This document shows, one piece after another, positions 14,937 through 26,413 of a stretch of 64,000 nt of DNA. Source of the stretch: Balanoglossus misakiensis. Taxonomy: Eukaryota; Animalia; Hemichordata. Both the position numbers and the translations under genes were made by a program. The notes under the pieces were generated by a model, which worked only from the letters and a program-made list of their open reading frames with translations, was not told where the DNA came from and searched no databases. The stretch spans positions 1,245,124 to 1,309,123 of the forward strand of contig CM082586.2 in NCBI GenBank assembly GCA_040954595.2, read 5' to 3'. Position 1 is the first letter of the stretch; the number at the start of each line of letters is the position of its first letter.

Positions 14937-16826
14937 CTATGTTACTTGCAACAAATTCCCAAAGCCAGATATCATTCTTTGCCATGTAGAGATGTATCAT
15001 TGACGGTTAAAATCAGCTAATGTTCAGGCAAATAAAAAATTCAGATTTGGGCGTAAATAGTAGACTAAAGATTTAGCCAATAAATGCAAACAGAGAGTAC
15101 TACATATTTTTTTTACATAATAGGTCAAAACTTTATATGTTGTATCAATATATGCATGAAAATGATGGTTGAACCATGTATGGATTCCTGGAAATTTCCT
15201 GCCCTCTGAGAAATGTGAAAAAACACTACTGCAAACAACACTTTTTCCAAGAAAACCCAATTTCACTTGGGGCGCTGTGAAAAAGACTTACATTAAACTT
15301 TCAAAACGAAAACATAAATTGGAAGCCAGCAGTCACACTTCAGTGACAAAGACACGATACAATCTATTGAACTTTTACATCAGGTAACCAATCGGAACAT
15401 CAAGAGCAAGATAAAAATCAGACAGAATGTGTTGCCATGCCAACAGTCTTAATGGATGCCAACTGTGCTTTGAAGTTCTTTTCTCCCCATGGAGCGATTT
15501 CTCAGTAGTGGGTTTTGTTGGACAGAATGCTAGCGTCATCGATTAATACTTGAGACTTTCTAAGAATAAGTACAATCTATACTGATGCCCTATACATAGT
15601 AACAGTGGCAGCCAATTTTAGCAATGATTGATTTGCAACGTAATTCTTACTCTACATGGTATGATGTTAAGAGTTCTCAAGACAAAGTTGGTGTACCGTG
15701 TACTATATATTTTTTTCTTTTCCATCAATAAGGCACAGGTGGTGTTATTCCCAACAATCCCGACAGAGAACAATGTATTACCACATGAAAAGAGTAATAT
15801 GCAGTCTTCATACTCGGCTTTAAGTATTTTTGTTCATTTCCAAGTTATCATGAATCCACCTGCTAATTGTTTTTTGTTTAGCAGCAGTTGCCAAACATGT
15901 CTTAGCTCTAATTTTGTCCACATTCTATTTTAATGGTCATTTAAAGTACAGATCAGAGGATGTCAAGAGTAAATTCTTGATGACCAATGATGATGATGCC
16001 TCAACTGAATGGACCAAACGTTGGCACTATCTGAACGTAACAATCTAACGAGCGCCCTCTATCAGACAAACCTAAAACTTACCTGTGATACAAGTTTTGC
16101 CGTTTATGCAATGTTTTGTGGGGCAATACGACATGTTAAAGTTTGATTTTGATTGCACTCTACACTCTGACAGAAATTGATCACACATTACATCATACTG
16201 TATTATCATACATGCAGTCTAAAGCTGAAGTCACAAGGACCTCTCCCCCCCCCCCCTTCATAACAATTACCCCACGTAGCCTCCAGACTTGCGTTAACTA
16301 CCGACTCATTTGCACCAATTACCAGTTCACAGGCTCCTCGAGAAAAGCACACAAGCGCCGATTTCTCCCACTTTTCAAATATCCTTTGGCGCTCATGCAA
16401 AGGTTAAAATGTCCTCATTGAAACTAATACTGGCATTTACGTTACACATCTAAGTAGATCCACAACCGATCTTATCTCATTGAAATGCAAAACACATGAG
16501 TGCTCACTGGAAAGTTGGCTGAGGGCTCCTCTTGTTTGCTTTATCTCACATTCTGACATTTTCATGTAAGTGTGCCGGTTTGATATTTTACTAAAAAGCT
16601 AACATGCCCTTTTCTACTTTTCTTTAAAGTTCACCTCAAAATATCTTTTATTTTTATCACAGTGAAGCTTTCATCAGTACTGATGTAACTGGAAAATTTC
16701 AAAATGGATAATTTGGGGTTTCTAACAATTCTAGACCAATTTTTACACCGTCCTAACAATGTCCCTGGTTGTTTTTAACCCCTTCCACCCCAGTTCCCTA
16801 CACAACAAACAAGGGAAGACACTAAC

Positions 16827-16989
16827 CTCGCCGAGGAACTCATTGGCACCAAATCGATCAAAATCCCAGGTGGTGACTTCCAGCGTTGAACCACGAAACT
16901 CAGCTCTCTTCAAATCCCACATGAATGTCTGGTTCCACTTGGGATTGTTGCTCTTGGCGATGGTCTTTGTCCTCCGCTTCGTCTTGTCA
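16827..16989 (-). CDS. RIMS1/2: RIM exon 10: C2A (DKTKRRTKTIAKSNNPKWNQTFMW...LEVTTWDFDRFGANEFLGE)
   Basis: Acceptor GTCATAG, donor GAG|GTTAGT; phase 2 to 0. C2 motifs KRRTKT and PKWNQTF. Confidence 0.96.
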
Positions 16990-17770
16990 CTATGACAACA
17001 CAAAGAGAAAATGAACAGTGAATTATGGATTATTTTCACCTCGATAATTAAGAAAAAGTTTACCACAGATACACCAGTTCATACTGCACTGTACTCTTCG
17101 CTTTCATGTTCAGTCGGCCTACCTTAATCCAGCATCCAAGACCAACAATCATTACAAGACTTTTCTGCGCTCTACGACAATCCTTCTGAATCATGCATCT
17201 AATGTATTCTCAGTCCCTACACAATTATCAATCATCCTTCCCATATCTGTTATCTCACAAAACAATCATGCAATTTCTCATCTTGTCAATTTGCCATTCC
17301 CATTTTCTGAGAATGCCATCCTGAAGCTCAGAGAGATAGCCTGTCAGCTATCACATTCAATCGACGGCTAATGATGGCTTGATGAGAGTAATAAGAGACA
17401 ATTGTAGTCGTCCGGTAATAAATGTTGCCATGTAAACTGTCATTCTAGCGATATGCATGAGAGGAGCCCAGTTGCAGTTACTGGTGATGAAAGAGCTCCC
17501 ATCTCTATATATCTCTTGGAACAACAATAATTGAAAAAAGGAATGTTTTTTCCCTGGTGACCTACATGTATGGCTTATGATAATTTTTCAAGATAAAAAA
17601 GGTTTCTACAATGCTCCAGGTATACATGTATCCTTAACAAGATGACACTTGCTGCTTTAAGAGGAGTTCTCTGGCCACATGCCTCTTACTACAGCTGACA
17701 AGTAACATCTCAGATTCCCTGTGTTACTTTACCTCTCCTCCGCAACTAATGTATATTTTTGTCGACTTAC

Positions 17771-17901
17771 CTTCTGTCCGGCAGAACATACATTTTGACG
17801 TAAGGATTTCTTCGTTCCATGTGTTCTTTGTGAGGCAGAGTTTCTGCACTGAGTATTGTAACAACCAGCTGCTGCAGTGTATTATCGTACCACATCTTAA
17901 T
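17771..17901 (-). CDS. RIMS1/2: RIM exon 9: C2A N-part (IKMWYDNTLQQLVVTILSAETLPHKEHMERRNPYVKMYVLPDR)
   Basis: Hand translation. Acceptor CCAACAG, donor AG|GTAAGT; phase 0 to 2. Confidence 0.95.
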
Positions 17902-18219
17902 CTGTTGGCAAGATAGGACAGATTTAAAACATTACAAATTCAAACTTTAGGTGAGTTAATTGGTGGGTATACACAAGCATGCTATCAACTTCTGATTGTG
18001 GTAAAAACCGTTGTAAATTTAAATATGAACAAGTCAGTAATATAAACAGGTGCCACACCCTTTTATTCAACTGCCCATTGCAAGATTACACAACTACATG
18101 TATCCTGGGATGCACACAGATTTTAAAATCCCCAAGTCAAAACAATGTCATTTGTCAAATAAAGATAAGCTACTGGGGTTAACAATGATACAGTCGTTGG
18201 TAAAAAGTGGAGGACAAAC

Positions 18220-18365
18220 CTGTAACTTTCCCAAACTGTGAAGGGATGTAGGTCTATTACCCGGTGGCGTTGGACTACCTGGTGATGTGATGGTCACAGA
18301 AGGCCGCCGTGGTTTTGAAGGTTCCTCATCTTCTTTCATTTTACCTGAGTCGTAGCCGCTTGATG
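18220..18365 (-). CDS. RIMS1/2: RIM exon 8: SSGYDSGKMKEDEEPSKPRRPSVTITSPGSPTPPGNRPTSLHSLGKLQ
   Basis: Acceptor TTGTCTTGTCGGCAG, donor CAG|GTTTGT; phase 1 to 0. The RPSVTITSP motif and the GKLQ lead-in to C2A are typical of RIM. Confidence 0.9.
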
Positions 18366-19740
18366 CTGCCGACAAGACAATGGGGTCATCAGTTTCTCGC
18401 ATTTCACAGTGAAATAATGTGCTTTCATCACAACAATGGAAAACCCGATCCAATATTGTTAAAGGGCTATGATCTCAAATTTTAATTTGCAACAGCATTT
18501 TATGCATGATGTAAAGCAAGTACAGTAATTCTAACTGTATTTAATATTTGTTTCTAAACATAATTTTTTTTACAGTTTATATTGTTTTAATTCTGTAAAA
18601 TTAAGATGTTAAAAATTTAATAATTACTGGTATTAATCAAATATGGTTTCATTCTGATCAAACAAATTCTATGATGTTAGCAATACAATGAAGCTGTATA
18701 ATTCTTGCACTAGGTGATCTTGAACATGTCCTTGCTATCTAAATTTGGACTCCAGATGGCGCCATAACTCCCATGAGCCTCCTTTTTTGCCACGGTTACT
18801 AATTGCGCAGTCATAAAAAGTACACAGCAATGGTTATAAATAATTCATTCTCAATAAGCAGGCAAAAAGTATGCATGTGACAGTGATAAATTGTCTGTAA
18901 TTAGTGCCAGACCTTGCAAACTGATCATCTAATTCTGATGGCCGATATTCAGTTGATGAAGTTACTTCAATTATCAACACTCGCATAAAAATTTCAATCG
19001 TACGATCTTTGATGACCGTGAGACCGCACTGTAATGCGACCTGAACTTCGACCCCACCACTGAACTCATTTGCCATGGTTGGTCAATTATCAATATCAAA
19101 CAAATTACATCTTGCTTTTCAATTATTTATAAATTTCGTGCCATGTACTTAACCACAACTGTGGCACTAAATTTCCATAAAAATTTGCGTGAAGGCGAAT
19201 TTTATGACTGCATCATGAAAAAAATACCACATCTAAGATAAAATTTGAAAATGTTTAATGATAGTACCAGAAATTGACACAATTGGCACTGCAAACAAAA
19301 TAAATGCATCACATCAATCATTTAGTACAATCTATACTCATTACTCATTCTTCCATTCTCCCCCCCCCCCCCCCCCCCCACACACACACACATTTTAGGG
19401 TAAACACAGATACATGTGAAAACATAATCACAAACACAGACATAAATGCAAAAACTAAACAAGGGAAAAATTAAGAGGATCGTGAGCTGTAACTTGTGAT
19501 GATTAACAAAAAATATATGTTTTATCACAAAACAGAAAGGATGCTTTTATTGTCTGTTTCTTTCAAGAAACTAGCATGTAAGCTGATTTTATAAATCATC
19601 AAAAGTTACCAACACAGGCAAGACTGAATTAATCACCATCTACAGAGAACACACCCAAGATCAGAATAAATAACATTTATAAGAAAACAGGAAAAGAGAT
19701 GGAAATTATTAGTAACAGAGGGGATACTAACAAGACTTAC

Positions 19741-19805
19741 TGAGGCTGGCTCTTTTCGATATTATATCACGGTTTTGTTTCTCTGGAAGGCCAGGTCCAA
19801 TGTCA
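19741..19805 (-). CDS. RIMS1/2: RIM exon 7: DIGPGLPEKQNRDIISKRASL (PDZ-C2A linker)
   Basis: Acceptor TTTTTTTAACAG, donor A|GTAAGT. Phase 2 to 1 exactly bridges exons 6 and 8. Confidence 0.85.
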
Positions 19806-20426
19806 CTGTTAAAAAAAGTGCAGCGAGCAAAGAAGAGTTGTGAGTTAGTATCCAGGGCAACCGAAATACTTGATGCTTGGGGGCGCTCTCCGCTATCAGT
19901 AACTCTTTTCCAGAACCGATACCGGAGAGGGCCACAAGCGTCGAATACTCCAGTCTTTTTTATAAAAAGCATGTGATTAAGTTTATCAGTGTTGCTATCT
20001 GAGAAAGTTTACTTGAAGATGCGATAGAAGCTTTGAAAGAGAATGATGGCTTACCACGAGATTGGTTAATTTTATTTTTGTTTTGATACAGTTTTGTCAT
20101 TGCTAGTTATTTAAACATGATTGAGAGAATGGAGATAAAATATTTGTTGTGTGCCACTGATTAAGTCCTTTACCACCACAGAAAAAAATCCTTTAATTTT
20201 GAGAGAAAAAAAGTCATTAACCATCAATGCACACACACGCTAACAAGCGTGAATGGTGTTCTGCTAACTCATCCAAACCATCACACAGTAAAGTACATAG
20301 GTATGTGTCACTATAGTCCTGTGTTTCTGTATGCAGGTCATGGATGATTCCATTTTATTTACAGGGTGGACAACAGGGATCATCCGATCAATCCCAATGC
20401 TCTATGATGGAGAAGAGCATGCTTAC

Positions 20427-20550
20427 CCCATTGCTCTTGCTACCACCAGTTCAACCAGTGGTTCTGATTTGGAATCAAGCACAATGTCATAGACCTCATC
20501 AAAAGTGGCCCCTTGTAGATTTCTGCCATTCCAATTTAGCACCTCATCCC
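20427..20550 (-). CDS. RIMS1/2: RIM exon 6: PDZ C-half (DEVLNWNGRNLQGATFDEVYDIVLDSKSEPLVELVVARAM)
   Basis: Hand translation. Acceptor TTTTTCTCTCTCGCAG, donor GG|GTAAGC; phase 1 to 2. Confidence 0.95.
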
Positions 20551-22312
20551 CTGCGAGAGAGAAAAAATCAAAGCAGAAAGACTTTACTTTACATCACCAG
20601 CATAACCCAGAATTTCACTCTGAAAAGGAAATATTTATTTCACAATTTCTCAGTCAAACAACAAGAGAATGTTGCACTGCAGTGATGCCCTTGGAAATCA
20701 TCTGATCAAACGTTGGCGTCTGAATCTTTGATGATGAATGGCACTGACTTTCAAAGAAAACAGACAGACATGAACTCTGTTGGATTGTACTTTGCACGAC
20801 CATGACACTGAGAGTTATAATAAACTGTAATCACAATACACCATACGGTCAATTAACTCTGCCAGTCATTCACGCAGCTGTGTACAACCACAGATATCAA
20901 CCATTCGTGGCGTACGTGTCACTGACGTTTCAGAATGGTCCAAACTGTATAAAAAAAATCCCTATCTGCATGTCAGTACACACCAAAAGTGCAATACTAT
21001 AAAAATAAATTGTACATCACGACACACGGATATAAAATGTATTGCTCCATTTTTAATGACGATGTGTGACCATATTTCCAAGTGGTGTATCTCTCTCCTC
21101 TTGTTTATCTCCAACCGCCAACTAAATCCATATATGGCCTCGATATCACGAATGAATCTAGATCGCAGTGAACTTGTTCTTGAAGAGGTTAACGACACTG
21201 CAAACACTTCACGGCCTGTACGCTTTGAGCTGTTTCCATGACAAGGATATATGCAGGTCGCGAGCACAGAGAATGTCAATAGAAAAAGACAGATTATCGC
21301 TGTTGAACACTCACTCGATCGATACGATATTGTAGCCGAAGTCAACTTAGAAACTGTACAAATAACATCAGAGCTGGTCACCAAGAAGGACAAAAGAGCA
21401 ATTTTGGGCTAATTTCAGAATTAAAACATTTTGAATATTTAGCTCTCGATGCAGAATTTCAAAAAGTTTCTTAGATGACATCTCACTCATGTCACTCAAC
21501 AAATTCAGGAGTAATTACTCCCTATGAAAAGTTACTTCAAATACGCTATCACCCCTATTTTCCAAGGGATGGTACAACCATGCCAAACAATGGGACTTTC
21601 GTCGAGAGAAAAGGTGAATCAAGAACACAGTGAACTGTGTTCGATGTCATTACTGAAACCTGGCATATGTTCTGAACCATTTCCATGACAACAGTTTCAT
21701 GCAGGTCACGGACAAAAGAAAACTGCTGATCTCCATTTGTGATAGATTATTGCCATTGTGTCCTTTGGGCAAACAATAAACTTTGTGGTTCCATAATGTC
21801 AAATTGAGAATTCATTAATATTTTACATCACTCAGGGAAGCAAAATTGAAAATGAAAAAGAAATATATATGTCCACATTGTCTTATATTGCAGAGTATCT
21901 ACATTTGAGACCAAAGGACCTTTTATCATGAAATACACTTTTCCATAAGCAAATCTTATGGCAACACAAGAGCCACCATTAACATGAACTAAAAAAAGCA
22001 AGCAGAAACATGTCATTGCATTAGCTTTCCCACCATCAGATGCCTGCGTGCGACGTACAGAAAATCCATAACGAGGCGTTCTTAGCTGGGGTTCGTTTTA
22101 TTCTAAAAATAGCATATAGCTCACAACAGCTGTCTATTGTGATCACCTGACTGCTGCCAAGGATAAAATATCACCATAGATTAATTGCACCAGGCAGTTC
22201 AACCTTTATGCAGAAAAAATCCATTAGAAAATCTGCTCATTCTTTTGTAAAAAACCTGTGATAATAGGAGAAATGTCAGTCTTTCCATGGTCTCTGCCAG
22301 AAGTAAACTCAC

Positions 22313-22532
22313 CTGCTCGGAGATGTCCAACAGTGTCTGCTATACTGCCTTTCTTGACTTTGGTGATGAACGCTGACAGTTTGCCGTCGTTTGTCATCTT
22401 GCCACCAACCACCTTCAGTCCGAGTATTGCACTGGAGTCCCTTGGAGGTGTCCCATCTCGGCTCACTTTCTTCAGGACCATGTGGCCAATCAGTCGGTTG
22501 TTGTCCAGGTCGGGTTGCCAGGTTACCGGATG
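22313..22532 (-). CDS. RIMS1/2: RIM exon 5: PDZ N-half (HPVTWQP...LGLKVVGGKM...AFITKVKKGSIADTVGHLRAG)
   Basis: Acceptor TTCCATAG, donor CAG|GTGAGT. 220 nt, phase 0 to 1. RIM PDZ signature. Confidence 0.97.
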
Positions 22533-23830
22533 CTATGGAACAATCAGAGAATCTCGAGTCACAACAGACAATATCAAGGAAAGTTATAACTCCCCTACAG
22601 ACATGTTTATTAAGGGACCAGCGATGATTGTTGATCTTCGACAACTCTTTCACTTTTCACAATGTTGTCACTTTATCAGCAGAGATACTGCATGATTGTA
22701 GAAAGTTAAATTGAACGATTTACAACAGTTCAAAATCTGTCTAATTAGCTATTAATTTTCTTCCTGTATCTATTAATTTAATTATGTCCTTAATTATGTT
22801 TAAGTGTGAATTATCTGACACATAAAAAAGTACATCATAATAATGTCTTGACAAGCCATGGCCTTGAAAAGCGCAAGTGGGGCGGCCTAAATTAAAAGTG
22901 GAACGATGCATAAAAGTGAGCCACACTTGTCTTGTTTTAATGCTAAAGTATTGCTGTTTGGCTGATTGTGACTGTTCAAGACTGAAGCACCCAATCAGAT
23001 CAACCCATTCTGAGAAGAACAAGGATAATCCTTGAGTGGGGTCCGTGAGAATGGCAGTGTTTTCTTCACTCCTCACAACACGACTCACCCCCAAGACTTA
23101 ACTCCACTGATGACGAAGTGAATGACACACATATACCATCTAGACGAGGCACTTCAAATTGCACATTTGTCGTGAAACACTTAAAAGAATCATTAGCCAC
23201 TGATAAGAACTGCACAACACCAAGTTCCATTGCTTCTACAGTGTCAATGCTACTGGTGGAAATGATTCTGTCATCAATAACCGAATGCAAGAGTTTCTGA
23301 CATGAAAAAGATGAACAGCTTTTGTCTTCCCAACTACTGTTCTTATCAGTGACGTTGTGCTTCTTGGGTTTATATGTGACAATAAAACAAAAATTGTAAG
23401 GAATGCTGTAATGCATGCACATAAGGAGTTAGAGAGTTATCATTTCAGAGATATTTCTTTTGCTTGTTACAGTAACAAGACAGAGACATCTCAGCTGCAC
23501 TTTTTGGACAATTTTTCCCCAGACATGAAAACTGTTGGAACTGACACCTTTTGGGCAGGACCAAGTAGATAAAAAAGCCTCTGAATATGAGGAAACGTCT
23601 CCGAAAAAAAAAGCCTGAAAAACCGCTTGACACCAAGAAAATTTACTGAATGTTTCTCATGATGTAAATTTGGAACTGATGTGAGAGTGATATCAAAATG
23701 GGCTGGCAAAACGTGGAACGAAATGAATCAAAAAATGACTAGTGAAGGAGAAGGGGACATCACTACAGGCTACGGAAGAGAGAAAAAAAGGAGAGAGATC
23801 AGAGACAGCAAGAAAAAACAAGGAGCTAAC

Positions 23831-24054
23831 CTTGGCCAAGTTATACTCTTCATATAAAGTGGTGCTACTGCTAGTGTCCACCCCAGAATCTTTAATTTGT
23901 GGCTCGGACCATTCAAGGTCATCGTCCATAGAGCAACCCTCACCACGCCCAAAGCGGACAATTTTCTTTTTGGCAGCCGTCATTTCACTTTCTGAATGAT
24001 GGCCGCTTTGTATAGCAGCTTTTCTCTTGCCATCATCATAACTCTCTAGCTCGC
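23831..24054 (-). CDS. RIMS1/2: RIM exon 4: ELESYDDG...DDLEWSEPQIKDSGVDTSSSTTLYEEYNLAK
   Basis: Long polypyrimidine tract plus TAG acceptor; donor AAG|GTTAGC; phase 1 to 0. DLEWSEPQIKDSGVDT matches, from memory, the pre-PDZ segment of vertebrate RIM2. Confidence 0.92.
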
Positions 24055-24570
24055 CTATATGATGAAAAGAAAAACAAAAAACCAAAACAAAAGAAAAATA
24101 AATAAATACAGACAATTAATGAGAAATTCGTAAAGGGGGCTCACCGAAGAATAAAGCTTTGGTTGCGATGGCATTTCATCAGAATGCCAACGATCGTCCC
24201 ATGATTCTACCTCACCTACAGCATGAAAAATAAAAAGAACATGTCAAAATTGCATCCGTTGGCACAGCCAATCAGGATGCATCATACGTAAAATGAACTA
24301 TCCAACGACCTGCTGATTGGCTGATGCAAAATGTGTCAACCAATCAATGCCTGTTACAGAGAATGACCCATTTTATGGGGGCTGCTGACTGGTTGATGAA
24401 GCAGATGTTGACCGATCATAATGCCTGTTACAAAGAGCAAACCATCCAATGATGGCCTGGCTGATGAATGGTCTTGTTCGATTGGGGAAACATTTTGAGG
24501 ATTGATTTAGAATAATCAATCAATATACTCGGCATATTAGAAGGGACACAAATGTAAACATTCATCGTAC

Positions 24571-26413
24571 CTTTTTCACTGACGCTCTCGCTTTCAATTT
24601 CCACATCTTCGCAGCTGGTGCATTCTGGAGTTGATCTGATTTCCTCCTCTGAACTGCTCAAAGAAAACTGCCTGGCTTTCCGCGAACCTTTCTTGTGTTT
24701 GTGTGGTTTCGGAGGTGGGGGTCGAACGCACTCTGATTGGTCAGAGCTCAAAGAGTCATTTCTGATCATCGTTATGTCCGCTTTTCTCGAAGTGTCTCTC
24801 CGCGATTTTCGCATCGCCGCTGAACTAGGGTCTAAATGCTGTCTGTACGGGGAAATGTCGAGAGGCCGGCTCTCTAGTTCCCGTTGTCGTGTTGGGCTAT
24901 GTTTCTTATTATTGTCCACCTCTTCTACTGTAATACTATGCCTAGGGGCTGGTCTTGGTCCTTGACTCTGTGCAGAGTCGAAGTCTCTACCAGTCCGTCC
25001 CATTTGTGAGTGTTCGGAATGTTTTGAGTATTCTAGATCACGAGGTCTGTTGTGTCTCTCTCGGTCTGCACTTGAAGGCCTTGGAATGTCGGTTCCTCGT
25101 TGTCTCTCCCGTTCGCGTTCGACTTCTCTCTTGCGCTCCAGCTCTAGTTGGCGTTTGCGCTCGAGTTCTGCCTGTCGTTGATGTTCCATCTGCTGCTGGC
25201 GCTCAATCTCTAAGTTCCTCTGGATCTCTAGGTCCCGTTGCCGTTCCAAGTCGCGCTGCCTCTCCAACTCGCGTTGTCGCTGAATCTCTAGTTCTCGTTG
25301 TCGCTCATTCTCTTGGCGTTCCAGCTCTCGTTGTCTTTCAATCTCCTGTTGGCGTTCCATCTCAATCTCCATCATTCTCTGCTGTTCCAGTTCAACTTGT
25401 CTCTGGCGCTCGTGCTCCAACTGTCTTTGATGTTCCAATTCCCTCTGACGTTCCATTTCCAGCTCCTTCTCACGCTGTCTCTGCTCGCGTTCCCGTTGCT
25501 CTCGCTCGTGCTGCATGCGAACTGATCTTTCCCGCCCACTACGGCTGTACTCGCTATCAGTTCGTGATACAATGCTGTCATTGCTCAAGCGACGCTCCGC
25601 CAAGAACCGTGCGTTGGGCGACTGTAGGTCACCGTGTGCCGACGGAGGTCTGTCGGGGGGCATGGTGTCATTATGCCGTCTCTTGTCTGATTCAGCCGAG
25701 TGTCTATCATAACGCCTCGATGGATCTGCATAGCCACGTTCTCTAGGATCTGCATAAGCATCTGCATAGCCACGCTCAGGGTCAGAAAATCTGTCGCGTT
25801 CATATCTGTGTCTGTCCCGGTCAGGTGTATACGACCTTCCTCTCTCCGGTGGAAATCTGTCTCTTTCGTTGTGCCGACCCCTATCATCAGGGTATTTGTA
25901 CCTGTCCCGGTTTTGCTCGCGGTCTCGCGCACTCACTGGGTATTGCCTATCAGAATGATCAGAATAGTAATGCACATCATCGGGATTTCTGGAAGATGAT
26001 CTGGGACGACCACGAGTCCTCTCGTCGTATTCCCTGTGTGTGCGTACATCGCCATGCGAACCTCTCCAGTGTTCATGTCTAGGGTCGCCGCGAATATCGC
26101 GGGGATCTCTTGAATCAGGCGTCCTTTCTCTACGAGTTTCGTCTTTGCTCATAGAGTACTGACGTTTGAGTTCACGTCCTCGAGGACCGAGAGTGGGAGC
26201 ACCTTTAGGTATGTTTTCTTTGTCACTACCCCTGGACCCCTCGCTGGCTTTCAGATCGGAGTCCTTAGTACTGACGAGAGATGCCGTCTCACTTCCGGAT
26301 GGTGATTCCATTTCGCGTTTTCCTTGCTTCGGTTTGTCGACTGCGTGAAACCACTGTCCACTCCGTGTGAGGATCTCTTGTTTCTTCCGACAGATATTGC
26401 ATACCCAGAGAAC
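24571..26413 (-). CDS. RIMS1/2: RIM exon 3: end of zinc finger (VLWVCNICRKKQEILTRSGQWF), long charged linker, conserved RNDSLSSDQSECVRPPPPKPHK...SLSSSEEEIRSTPECTSCEDVEIESESVSEKG
   Basis: Acceptor TTTACAG at 26414-15, donor G|GTACGA at 24570. 1843 nt, phase 0 to 1. Overlaps the 627-aa ORF. Confidence 0.95.

Noticed and set aside
18807-19211. 12-bp inverted repeat GCAGTCATAAAA / TTTTATGACTGC as MITE ends
   Set aside because: Short, with no target-site duplication; could be chance.
24265-24345. CAGCCAATCAG / CTGATTGGCTG inverted CCAAT boxes in intron 3 as an internal promoter
   Set aside because: Motif-only evidence, also common in hairpin repeats; no associated first exon found.
24428-26311. 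627-aa ORF as a standalone gene
   Set aside because: It is RIM exon 3. Coding starts upstream at the 26413 acceptor, and the tail after SEKG is intron read-through.
24618-26348. Plus-strand ORFs (263 aa and others) opposite exon 3
   Set aside because: Antisense shadows of repetitive coding sequence; no motifs.
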